DNA of 60,824 nt, filler included, from Hausera hauseri (Eukaryota): NCBI GenBank assembly GCA_046269625.1. It is 10 parts of 10 records of this genome, joined end to end, with 100 filler letters (N's around TTAATTAATTAA, not from the genome) between each part and the next. Parts side by side here need not be neighbours in the genome. Positions count along the whole stretch, not along the records: positions 23,073 to 27,480 come from JBJURY010595889.1; positions 27,581 to 32,178 come from JBJURY010511462.1; positions 32,279 to 45,641 come from JBJURY010844301.1; 7 more parts are not named here. One strand, written 5' to 3'. Made by a program: the position numbers and the translations under genes. Below are positions 26,301 through 37,499 of this stretch, in pieces. Below the pieces are notes generated by a model. That model was not told where the DNA came from. It worked only from the letters and a program-made list of their open reading frames with translations, and did no database searches. Position 1 is the stretch's first letter; the number at the start of each line of letters is the position of its first letter.

Positions 26301-27480
26301 GTATGCTTTGTGTAAATCAATGCAGAAAAAGATAGTCGAACCATGGAGCCTGTGAAGGATATCATTAATTAATGGTAGAAGGTAGGCATCCATTGTTGTT
26401 ATGATGTTGAGTTGGCGGTAATCACCGCATGGGCGAAAGGTGCAATCTTTTTTTGGAACCACATGTAGGGATGAAGACCACGGGCATTTGGATCTTCTGT
26501 TTATTACTGATTTTTCCATTTCGAGAAACTCAGCCTCCACTGCCTGTCTGCGGCGAAGCAATGGCGAGTAGACCTTTTGACGTATTGGTCTTTGATGTGC
26601 TGTTACTATGTGATGGAAGGTGGATTGAGGAAGTTCGAATGATTTGTCTTTTTGAAACAGACGAGTGCAGGAAGACGAGATATATTTCTGTAAGTCAGAG
26701 GGCAACGATGAAAAGTTATCAGGCGGTGTCGATGCATCGTGACTGGATGCAGTTGAGGTAGGACTTGTAGATAAGGTGTTGTGACAAGGTGTTATTTGGT
26801 GCGGGATGTTCGTGTTGAAGATGGTGTTGGCAGCTGTAGTATCAGCAATAGGTGCCACGCAGTTGGCAATATCGTATTTGTTGTCGTAATAAAAATTTTT
26901 GTATAATGAATGATTATAAAAATAATTTAAATCGGGAGTTGTTTTCTTCAGTATTGACTTGTTGGAAGCAATCGCCTGGGTGGTCACGGAAATGCTGCTA
27001 ATTTGATTAAAATTATGTCCGCTCTTTAAGGAACATCGTTTGCAGTCTATAAGTAAATTATAGTGGGACAGAAAGTCTAAACCCAATATAGGTGTGCGTA
27101 CATTGACTACTGTAAATTTCCAAGTGAATGTATTTGGGAAATTTGAAAGAGTGAAAATTAATCTGGTAACACCAAAGGTTTGTAAAGGTTCACCGCACTC
27201 AGTGAACACTTGCTTTTTTGAAGTGAAATTGTTTTGCATATGCTGCGTTGGTGGTAGTAAAGAAATTGCTGTGCCAGGGACAGGGTGTTGTGTGTGAGTG
27301 CAACATTTCATAGGCTATGTCCGCCAGTTCGGCTAGCTTTTCCAGCGCCGTGGAGTTCTCCACAATAATTAGCAAAGACATTATTAGAAGGGGCAATACA
27401 TTTTAAAAATAACAACGAAGAAGTTCTGGACTATGCTCAGATGTTACGCCAAGGGTATTGAAGTGGGACAAAGACGTGCG
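23073..27480 (-). mobile_element. Degraded Ty3/gypsy LTR retrotransposon (Gag end, partial protease, RT, RNase H, integrase, PPT, LTR)
   Basis: LEKLAELAD (Gag end), PILGLDFL (protease), PWSSSLHVVPKK..FRPCGDYRQLN, YIDD, TDAF..ERQISYL..DFLSR (RNase H), TSPYHSQSNG (integrase); order PR-RT-RH-IN; protease DTG region appears deleted. Confidence 0.92.
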
Positions 27481-28420
27481 NNNNNNNNNNNNNNNNNNNN
27501 NNNNNNNNNNNNNNNNNNNNNNNNTTAATTAATTAANNNNNNNNNNNNNNNNNNNNNNNNNNNNNNNNNNNNNNNNNNNNTACCGGATAAACGTACCGGT
27601 CAGCATTGATTCTTCAAAATAAACTCTTTACATAATGTGATGATATTTTTAATGCATAGATACTTATAACTTCTCAGATTTTTGAGCTTACAGTCTGTCG
27701 CGTTGACCTCTGTTCAAAGTTGAATGTGTTTCCAAGTCAAATATGTTTGGAAATATACTGCATTGCTTATTGAAATTTATAACTCTAGTCGGTCAGAAAC
27801 CATGTACCTAACGTTACTATCAAATGTAGTAAGTGCCGAAACCAACATATGTAGATATAGGAGAACTCTAAAATTTATTGTAATGTCAGCACGTTCCAAT
27901 TGAGTAAAATATTATTTTTTCGAATATACCCACGATTAAATTTATTATATACGCAAGGATTTTCAATGGCATCGTGAACTCATCGGAAAATTAAAAATTT
28001 CAATTAAAAACAGAATGCACATTACAAAATAGACATATAACACATATCCCCTTTCAATCACACCCTGTCTGGTTGCCCCCTTGAACATTTCCTGAGATGA
28101 AATATAATGCAAACCCATCGATAAAACCTATAAAGTCCTCTTCCTTACTGGAGTTGACCAGTATGAGTATCAACAACACTTCCAGTATAGACATCAATCT
28201 TCAACCCAGGGGGTGTTTAAAAATGAAGGATGTTTCAATTGGCATTTGACTCTTTGTTCTAAAGATGCTGTCATGAGATTCTCAAAGACAGGACTTGCTA
28301 TAATACGTTCAGCAAGCATTGTGGATTGATGAGTTATAACAAAGTGATTGTGGGTGTTTCTGCCTTGGGGCTCTCAACAAGGTAATCATCATTGGGTGAC
28401 ACACTGTGAAACGTAGGTCA

Positions 28421-28699
28421 TCATGGATCTCCCACGTGATCTCTGGTGTCTTCAATCATCTCTGCTGTTGAATTACTTCCAAGCCATTCATGCAAACCAT
28501 CCAGACACTTCATTCTCTGTTGTCCACTACTTCTATTTCCTGGTATTTTGCCTGTGGTGACCAAGTTTTCCATACCTGCTCTTCTTAAAATATGGCCAAT
28601 CATAGATGTTTTGTCTCTTTCTGATCTTTCTGATAAGTGTTCTTTCTGCATTTGCTTCATGTAAAAGCTCTTCATTTGTTCTCTTTGCCAAGGGCACAT
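28421..28699 (-). mobile_element. RTE-clade LINE 3' fragment
   Basis: IGHILRRAGMENLVTTGKIPGNRSSGQQRMKCLDGLHEW matches the RTE ORF C-terminal consensus. Confidence 0.75.
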
Positions 28700-29108
28700 C
28701 TACGTTCTTTGAAAGAATTTCCCAGTTTCTTACTCAATGTTTAATGAAACAAATATTGAAACAATTATTTGGAATTAGGTGACCAAATACCATTTCAAAT
28801 AGCCTGCTAGAGGGGACAGGATAAAAGCCAGTAACGAACATGATCATAAAAAAAATGTAATGATTAGAAATTCACTATCCAGAGAGCAAAATAAAATTGG
28901 CTGACATTCTTCACAATGAAACTCCAAGGGAAAGAGAAAGGTTGAGAGATCACCAACTTGATTAGGAAATTAACATAGAAAATATATAACAGAACAATAA
29001 TTTATCATTATATGATACAGGGATGGAAGTTACAAAAGACTGTCCAATGTTTACCAGTGAAATGACTGGCAAATAGTAGCAGCTAGTAGAACCAGAAGTA
29101 GTAATTAA

Positions 29109-29690
29109 AGTAAAGGGACCCCATTCACACTTTAAACGTATAAGCAAACGTGGAGTTAAAGTAAAAAAAAGTAAAGTCTATTTACACGCCTAAGCAGGCG
29201 TATAGGTAAATGTGGCGTTAGTGTCTACATTTTTTCCTTGACATCAGCACATGATTGTTCATTGTTGTCAGCATAATGCCAGGCCGCCTTTACTTTCCCA
29301 GAGAATTTCTCCGGTACCCATTTTTGAGCTGGGTGGACCCCTGGAGCCATTTTCTGTTAATAAAAATTCAATGCCCACAGCTGGTATTGAACCCATGACC
29401 ACACGATCGGCAGACAAGCTCATTAACCACAATGCCACTGCGGCTCCTAAACGTGGAGTTAGTGTCCACATTTTTAATTGACCATTGACACATAGTTGGG
29501 TATGTGGCCAGCACAACGCCAGGTCACATTTACTTTCCCAGAGAATTTCTCTGGTACTAATTTTTTAGGCTTTATTGAACCCCCGGAGCCAGTTTGGTCA
29601 GAAAAATTCCAGCCCACCCAACTGGGATTGAACCCTCGACCACATGATTGAAAGAGAGCAATCTAAGCTATTTTGCAGCTGCAGCAGTAG
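29109..29690 (-). mobile_element. Older tRNA-derived SINE of the same family, split by the younger copy
   Basis: 29109-29158 plus 29462-29690 rebuild a diverged copy (TTTACTTTCCCAGAGAATTTCTC shared; B-box GGTTCAATCCC). Confidence 0.7.
29159..29448 (-). mobile_element. tRNA-derived SINE with 13-bp target-site duplication
   Basis: A-box TGGCATTGTGG, B-box GGTTCAATACC, central GTCCACCCAGCTCAAAAATGGGTACC, TTTAC-type tail; TSD AAACGTGGAGTTA at 29146-29158 and 29449-29461. Confidence 0.85.
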
Positions 29691-29761
29691 TAGTAGTAGA
29701 TATGTTAAGCAGTACCTGATAACATCTTATAGACAAGCATGACTTTTTAAACTTTTAATAG

Positions 29762-29873
29762 GGCTGGTCACTAGCAATTAAACCGTTGAAGCCAATTGAC
29801 AAAGGAAACTATACATGTATAGTTAATGTTGAGCATTATCAGCTGCAGTGGACATTCTTCCTGAATATTGACA
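29762..29873 (+). CDS. Single exon encoding the C-terminal half of an Ig I-set domain (FGFR/FGFRL1-like)
   Basis: ttttaatag acceptor, GWSLAIKPLKPIDKGNYTCIVNVEHYQLQWTFFLNID (DxGxYxC motif), phase-1 gtaagt donor. Confidence 0.75.
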
Positions 29874-30364
29874 GTAAGTTTTGTTCATATTTAATTTATA
29901 TTGCTGTTGTTGATGTTAGTGATGATGATGAATTTCATGTCATCACTATAAGCTCTTGTAGACTAGTTATTGAGGACGGTGAACTAAGGTTTTCCATATA
30001 GCATTGCCTTTGCCTCCAAGATGTGATTCACCTCTTCGCTGGGGACCATCTTGATCCTCTTGCAGTTGGCCAGTTGATTTCCCTTTTGTTTCCATCAGAG
30101 TCAGTTTGAGGATGTCAAGGCTGAAGCACAGTATCAGTTACTACACAATTAGTCTGGGAAATTTCCTTGTCTAGTATGAGCCCATATGATTATACAATTA
30201 TTATATTAGGTGACATGAATTACAATATTTATAAATTACATGTTGTGGTTCTTTAGAAATGTTTTGTGAGCAGCGAACATGGTGTAATTTCAGAAAGTCT
30301 CTGGTCCCGATCAGCCCAGTTTGAAATGCTTCCCCCCCCCCCCAACCCTATCTCTGTATATGTT

Positions 30365-30446
30365 TGAGTGAGTGTGTGTGAGAGTGAGTGTATATGAGAG
30401 TGTATGTGAGAATGTGTGTGAGAACGTGAGAAAGTGTGTGAGAAAG

Positions 30447-30485
<39 letters not shown>
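30365..30485. repeat. Compound (GT)/(GA)n microsatellite
   Basis: Imperfect GT/GA array ending in a pure (GA)n run. Confidence 0.9.
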
Positions 30486-30487
<2 letters not shown>

Positions 30488-30499
30488 TTCAACGCTTAC

Positions 30500-31380
30500 C
30501 AAGATTTTTGTGTTTGCTGGGAAAATTGAAATCCAACAGACACCAAACTATGTCAGAATATCAACATATTCTTCGTGTGCATCCAGGCATTACACCATTG
30601 TTGTGGCAGCTTCCCAGTTCCTGTGGCATAGAAAGAACTGGACTGTATTGTAGCTTCCACATGGTCAACAGTTTGCGGTGCTTCATCAGTTTGAAATTTA
30701 TTCCCTCCCCCTACAGTGTTCTTAAAGGGGGGTCTAGACAAATGAAAATCTCTGGCGGTTAAGTCTAGACTGTAAGAAGCATGTGGCAATGCATACCAGT
30801 GCAATTCAACCAAAGATCCTGCTGTCATATTGGCAATATGGGGTTTATCATTGTCATAAAGAAGAATGACATTTTCCAGTCAACATCCCAGGCCTTTTCT
30901 TGTGAATGGCATTGCATACTGTACCCTTCAGTAATGTACAGTAATACTGGACATTGATCGTGACACAATTTTCCAAAAACCCACATGGATAATAACTTGC
31001 ATATCATAGAAGACTGTTCTAATGATATTACCAACAGGCAGCTGAGCTTTGCATTTCTTGGACTGTGTGGGACCCATATATTCCATGATACTTGTTTTGG
31101 CCTGTGGTGTGAAATAATGTTCATCAAACGTGATGACTAACTGCTAATATTTATCAGCTTTAGCTCTAACCTGACACAAGAGCTGTTCACAGACTGTCAT
31201 GCATGTCCATTTCTGATTACATGTCATTTGCCGGGGAATCCACTTTGCACAGACTTTGCAGAAGAGTAAACTGGTAATGAATAATTATCTCCACAATGCT
31301 GACACTTATATTTACCTTGGCCACAGTGTCTTTCACTGTCACTAACCTGTTCTCAACTGGGCTTTCTCAACACTTGTAAC
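30500..31380 (-). mobile_element. Degraded mariner transposase
   Basis: WVPH, LLYDNDKPH (HDNARPH-like), HASYSLDLTARDFHL (YSPDLAPSDFHL), FYATGTGKLPQQW. Confidence 0.75.
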
Positions 31381-32278
31381 ATTCAGTAGCGTGACTGTGT
31401 TGGAAGAACATGTCCACATGGTTCGTCTGTTACCAGGTGTCACCCTTCCTCAGTGGTCTCGAGGTAAGACATCCACCTCGAGTGCAAGAAAGGAAGGCAT
31501 TCAAATCCTGGTGGAAGCAGCTTGGATTTTTGTCTCCTGGATCTTCTAGTAAAAAAAACCCCCTGATCTCTGGATAGCGAGATCAGACATCCATGTACAT
31601 TATCATGAACATTAAAAATCTTTTGGGAGTTGGAAATAAAAAAAAGATAGGCCTAATGGCTGCTGCAAAGGAAAAATATAGGAAAAATCTGCCCTTCCTT
31701 CTTACGGGTGCAGCAGAGCACATGCATTGAGCTGAGATCCTCCAGAATGGAGTAGAATGGAGCACTTATGGATACATATCTATCTATGAAGATGTTGACA
31801 CCCTTCAACTAACCTAACCTAACCTAATCTAACCCTTCAGCAAATTCACACACTCTTAGCCATGACATCATTTGTTTGCCATACTGTGCTTGCAATCTTC
31901 TCAAAATTTCAGGTATTTTTTTCCTTCACAAGAAAATTAAGTACTGCAGTCCCATGTCTAAGAGGTTGCCACCATGATTGCTGTAACAGCTGCTCATGCA
32001 CAGACAGACATCATATGTGACCAGTTATTCTCGAGCAAAACTTAAGTAACAGCCACTGCAAATTTCATCTTTCTAGCTTTAGTCAGTGACTTTTTATGCA
32101 CAAAAATCTCTCAATTAAGCCTTGAATGACCTGTGTGTGTTTGTATGTGTGTATGTGCACATGAGCTTATATATAGTANNNNNNNNNNNNNNNNNNNNNN
32201 NNNNNNNNNNNNNNNNNNNNNNTTAATTAATTAANNNNNNNNNNNNNNNNNNNNNNNNNNNNNNNNNNNNNNNNNNNN

Positions 32279-32643
32279 TTTATGAGCTTTCTATCATCTT
32301 GTTATTTGATACATTATATTTATTTTTCCTTATTTTTCGTATTCTATTCTAAGTAACTAAGTAATTAAGTAAGTCTAAGTAATGTTGGAAGTTATAGCCG
32401 TCTAGGTCCAACCTACTTGACGGCAGCCCGTCTAATTCTAACTAATGAAGAGCTAATTATAACTGTAGTGAGTAAATAATACCTAAAGGCTCACAGCCTA
32501 CTAGACCCCTACATACAGACATGGGATAATGTTAGGTAAGGTCTGGTTATCTGACACCCTCATTACAAATCTTATTCACCCATTAATTCATATTAAGTAA
32601 GTTCTCGAAGCCTCTCCCAGGTGAAATTAATGGGAATTAAACA
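32279..32643 (+). repeat. 5' LTR (3' part), ending ACA; degenerate PBS at 32646-32663
   Basis: Colinear similarity to 44350-44636; followed by AC-TGGTACTTTGACCCGGGA. Confidence 0.75.
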
Positions 32644-32696
32644 ACTGGTACTTTGACCCGGGAAAGCTTAGTAACCTAGAAGCATTTAGATAGTAG

Positions 32697-33800
32697 ACGA
32701 ATAAAACCTCTAAAATTACGACCAGAACAGGGACACCGTATAAAGTAGATTCGGATGATAATTTGCCATTTGGGTTAGAGTTCATAACTAATTTAAGTGA
32801 AGAAGATGAAAACGGAATGGCCCGAAATGAACATAACATAGAACTGGTGATGCAGTCAAAAGCCGACTTCACCTTGCCCATGAAGAAGTTTTCAGGAAAG
32901 GAAGACGTACAAGATTTCCTCATGGAATATGATGTATATTCTAAGAGCTTCGGATGGAATGATTAACAACGAATGAATAGGTTACCTCTCCACCTAAAAG
33001 GAACTGCATTAACAATATACTTCCAGATGTCAGAAGAGGATAAAAAGGATTGGAAGGCTCTCAAAGATAAGTTACCTCAAAAGTTTCTAGTTGATCCTTC
33101 TGGAAAAAGAAGAATAGAGGAATTTATACAAAGGAGGCAACGAAAAGACGAGACAGTTCGGGATTTCGTCTGCACACTGGAAAAGTTAGCTGCAAAGGCT
33201 TATCCTGATGCAGTAATAAGAAATAACGCGTTGTTGGCTCAATTTCAATATGGATTAGAAGGGAAGTTAAGAAGTATTATATTGCAAGCCGATCCCTCCA
33301 CATTTTAAGAGACAATTAGGAAGGCCCGAAAAGCCAAACGGGATGCCAAATTATATAAATGGACAAAGTCAAAAGATAATACAAACAACAACAAACGAAG
33401 AAGAAATAGTACAAAAAGATACCAGAGATACGACAGAAATCGAAGCCCATCGCAAACGTCAGCTACAGAGGTTGAATCCAATGTAGAAAGATGGTAAGAT
33501 TCAAGTTAAAGAACGATGGGGAAAAGTCAAAAAGTATTCCACCAAAGGCGGCCGTTCGTTGCCAAGTATAGATTCAGAGAGTAGTTTAAAATGTTTTAAT
33601 TGCAACAAATATTGTCACATAGCAAAAACTAGTAGATCACGCAGAAGAGAATCTACAAGGACGAAAGATAAAAAGGAAGAAAAAAAAAACAAGATTATAC
33701 GTCAGCCACGTCAGAGGAGTCTTCCGATAAAGATGAGTCAGAGGAAAGCGAACATGAGGATAGTAAGAAAGATAAAAAGAGAGAAAAGGTAAATTACGTT
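32697..33800 (+). pseudogene. gag: Gag (capsid domain plus CCHC zinc knuckle)
   Basis: KFSGKEDVQDFL..Y......GWND, LHLKGTAL, RRQRKDETVRDF...L..LA..AYP, QFQYGL, CFNCNKYCHIAKTS. Confidence 0.88.
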
Positions 33801-34191
33801 GATAGCGTGCTGTCGCAACGCATGAGGAATCAGTTAGCAATGGAGTTAAAAGTTTATAAATTCTAATAAAAACACTAAGAGAAAATAATAATTATGTATT
33901 AGAGGAGAAGCCAAAAGGAGGAAAAACTAGACAAAGAAGAAAGAAGGTAATAAGAAAAGAATAGAAACAGAATCAAGGGAAACGCCTACGAAAAGAAGTG
34001 ATACAGAAAGAAAAAGGTGGCGAAAGAAAGTTAACCCTGATGAGTTAACATCAGAGGAATAAAACCAAACAATAAAAATATTTGACGAAACCGTCATTGA
34101 ACAGGTGATGTAGGTTATGGAAACAGATTTGGATGCAGAAGATGATATTATTCAATAGGTAGTTGCTACAGATCCCGAGAACACAAGGGAC

Positions 34192-35034
34192 GTGAACCAA
34201 GCAACAACCGCAATATTAAAAATAATAGACAATAAAGTAACAATAGTTAAGATAAATGAGATTCTATTTCAGTTATTACTACTAGCTTACGACAGTAGCC
34301 CAGTACGAGAAATAGCAAGAACAATACTAGCTAAGACAGCCGAAGGTAAGAAGAAGCGGAATGAGGCAGTAAGAATAACATTAAAGGAAGGAAACCAGGA
34401 TATAAGGGTCATTAAAATGAATGAGATGGATGATGTATTAACATTACGAGAAAATATTAAGGAATTGGAGCCATTTTATAAAGAAAATGTCTATGGATTA
34501 AGTTTCTTTGGCCGAACATTATATGGCTATGATCAATTGTTAAGAATTGGGTGCCGGAGTGAAAATTACAATCCCATCACTATAATCGAAATACGCGCCG
34601 ATGCAAGAGCGGAAGAAACAATAGCTGACATAATAAGAGAAGTGGGACCCCAGGAACTCCAAGGAAGGGAAGAACAGTTGTTAGCTGATACTCAAGATGT
34701 TACGGTACAAACAGAATCACAAAGAAAAGGAAAGCCAAAAGGAACAAGGATAAATGACATACGAAACAGAAGGGATAGGAATGAGGAAATTGTACGACGA
34801 TTATTACTAGCAGAAACAGATACGACACCGGAATCTGTAGACATAGATCCGTTATTAAGAACGTTATTATTAGCAAAACTCCACATGTCATTTGCGTCGT
34901 TCGAAATGCAGGTGACTATTACATATGAATTGTTTCAGATGTTACGGAATAATATGTTAAGAAATATCAGACAATTTTACGAAAATATTAACGAGGAACG
35001 AATTAACAAACTCCACGAAAAGGATATATTATAA
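34192..35034 (+). CDS. ORF X, unknown protein between gag and the glycoprotein
   Basis: 280-codon open frame on the element strand; no recognised motif. Confidence 0.5.
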   Translation: MNQATTAILKIIDNKVTIVKINEILFQLLLLAYDSSPVREIARTILAKTAEGKKKRNEAVRITLKEGNQDIRVIKMNEMDDVLTLRENIKELEPFYKENVYGLSFFGRTLYGYDQLLRIGCRSENYNPITIIEIRADARAEETIADIIREVGPQELQGREEQLLADTQDVTVQTESQRKGKPKGTRINDIRNRRDRNEEIVRRLLLAETDTTPESVDIDPLLRTLLLAKLHMSFASFEMQVTITYELFQMLRNNMLRNIRQFYENINEERINKLHEKDIL

Positions 35035-35326
35035 AAGATGTTTGCCACAGGGATTACTTGGGAAAAGGGAGTTACGGCGGTGGCCTATTTAAATATATAA
35101 AGTGATAGTAGTTAATTATCAAACACAGAATTTGGAGGAAATAGTACGAAGTATAAAAGTAACCGTTAAAATCCTACGTGATACTTTAGAAATTTGGATA
35201 CAATGTAAAGGCGGGTGGATATCTAGTCTGATGAATGGTAGGTTAAATGTACAAAGAGAAGTACCAGAAAGACCAACCACAACCCAACCAAGTATTAACA
35301 AACACGGCCTCGGTGGCACGTCAATT

Positions 35327-37160
35327 ATGGAAGTACTACAAATATTACTAATAGCATCATTATACTTGCCTAAAGCCATGGGAATGGTGGCTTATGATTG
35401 TGCGAAAATAAAAGATGGACAAAAGTATTCTCTAATAGATTTAAAAAAATGTCCCGAAGCAGACCCAGAGCAATTGACAACAACTAGTGGTCATCGATAT
35501 TGGGTGTATCAAGAGTCAGAATTTTAAATGTGAAGATAAGGGAGTACTATGTGAAGAAGTCGTTCCTTTTATTCAATTGTGCATATTATTCAGGAAATTC
35601 GACCATTATTGAACCAAAGACCCCTTTTGAGCCAATAATAATATCTCGGGCGTAATGTCAAGATGTTTTTAAAATCGGGGTCATAACAATACAGAATGCT
35701 CAAATTCCAGCCATACGAGGAAAGATAAAGTATACTCGAATTTTTCGAGCGGAAAGAATAGATAAAACAATGGAAAGCACCTGTATGGGAGTAGATTACG
35801 ATGTTGGAGGAACAATTGCTCCAAGAACGGTGGCAATTAAAGACTATCAAGTTCAGTTAAAAGAATACGAAGTATTATTCGATTTACAAACAAGATTTAT
35901 GACAATAGTGAGTGAATGCGAATATGAAAGCGGTAAATGTAATATAGAATAATCTAAAATTACATGGGAAACATCTTTAAATCGATGTCATTTGACACTA
36001 TTAAAGGAAGGGAAATTGAATAAAACAGTTGGAAAAACGGCTGAAAAGAAAACATCAACCTACAGAGAAGGGGTCAAAGAAGTAAAAATGACGGAAGTAG
36101 CAACAGTAGTATACTAACAGAACCCTGAATAGAAGATGCGCTTTAATATTATGGGAGCAATCAATAAATGTAATGAAAAAATGTTTAAGACCAACTATAA
36201 AGGCTTATATCTCTCATCAAGGGAAGTGGCAAAAGCAAAAACAAAAATTAATAAGATAGGTATTAAAGTAACGCAATATTTCGATAACAAAATAGGCTAC
36301 TTGATTAATTATGTTCTAGAGGAAATAACAAACTTTTATAGAGAAATGATATTAAATGAATGTAAATTAAATTACGAAATAATACGTAACAAGATGGCGT
36401 TGGTAGTAACAAACCCGCATATGGTGGCCGCAGTTATGTCGTTCGGAGGTGAAGTAATCCGGCGAGTAATGGGTGAGGTACTAATAACGATCGAATGTAA
36501 AAAGTAGAGGTAGCCATCAGAGAAACGAAGATATGCACCTCGGAGTTGCCGGTGTTGTATAATATGGAACCCAGATATGTAATACCGGTAATTCGGATAT
36601 TATTAGATGCTAGGGCGAAACCCACGCTACTGGATAATTGTACTTTTAACATGTCACCGATGTTCAAGCTAAATGATAAGTGGTTCAGAATGCCAAAGCG
36701 AGAAGAAGTAGGAAAACCGGAAACTTTAATTTCGATTAATTTACAAAGAAACCAAAAATTTGAACCACTAACTGGCATTTATACGCAGCAGAATTTAGAA
36801 AATTATCGAAGGATGTTCTTATTCCCTCAACAGAGACAACAGATAATAACGGAATTAACAAGAAAAGTAATGTGGAATGGAAAAGGTTCCCCACATTGGA
36901 AAAATTTAAGGGGAATGGATTATGTGAAGAAAGTTACAAGGAATGTAATGAAAAAGATGTGAGGGAAGTTTTTGTACTTTTGCCAGGCAACATCAGGATT
37001 CTTGGCTATATATTTTATTATTAGCGCCTTACGGACGATATTCACTGGCTGGGTAAAGCGTATGGCATACACGCAGCAGTGGGTTGTTCTTGGAATATTC
37101 TTATAGCGCTGGTACTAGCCGTAGCTAGTTGCTTCCTAGGAAATCATGATGCAAAATAGC
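35327..37160 (+). pseudogene. env: Chuvirus-like (gB-type, class III) fusion glycoprotein
   Basis: Signal MEVLQILLIASLYLPKAMG, then AYDC...YSLIDLKKC; YFDNKIGY...FYREMILNECKL...GEVLITIECKKVEV...CTSELPVLY...PVIRIL; TM region GKFLYFCQATSGFLAIYFII; the cysteine and motif pattern of chuviral G proteins. Confidence 0.8.
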
Positions 37161-37499
37161 AGAAGAAAGTAGTCAAAGAAAAGAATCACGAAATTGACTA
37201 GGACCCACCTTACAGCATTCTGAATAGAAGAGGTGGCAAGGACAATTTGGATACCAGACCTAAAAGCAATAGGTATATCCAGGGACTAAAAAGACTGTCA
37301 TTGAAACACCAAAAACAAAAATATCAAAAGAAACTATTTACTTATTGACCTCAGTTAAATCCTGCAGAGGAGTGCCACGGGCAAGATTATAATGACCAAT
37401 GGCCGATAAACCCATCAGCTCCCCAGCATGTAAAACATGGGAAAATGTACCCACGTAACAAATCCTAAGAATAAAACAGGATTATGATGAAAATCCTAT

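Noticed and set aside
29375-29448. Functional tRNA gene
   Set aside because: It is the head of a SINE with body, tail and TSD
30253-30762. ORFs with ERERER/SLSLSL repeats
   Set aside because: Translations of the GA microsatellite and of antisense mariner sequence
31810-31834. (AACCT)n, i.e. TTAGG telomere-like repeat
   Set aside because: Only about five imperfect internal units; too short to indicate a telomere or a taxon
37436-37450. GGGAAAA as a programmed -1 frameshift site into protease
   Set aside because: Not in the X XXY YYZ register of the upstream frame, and the element has many random frameshifts
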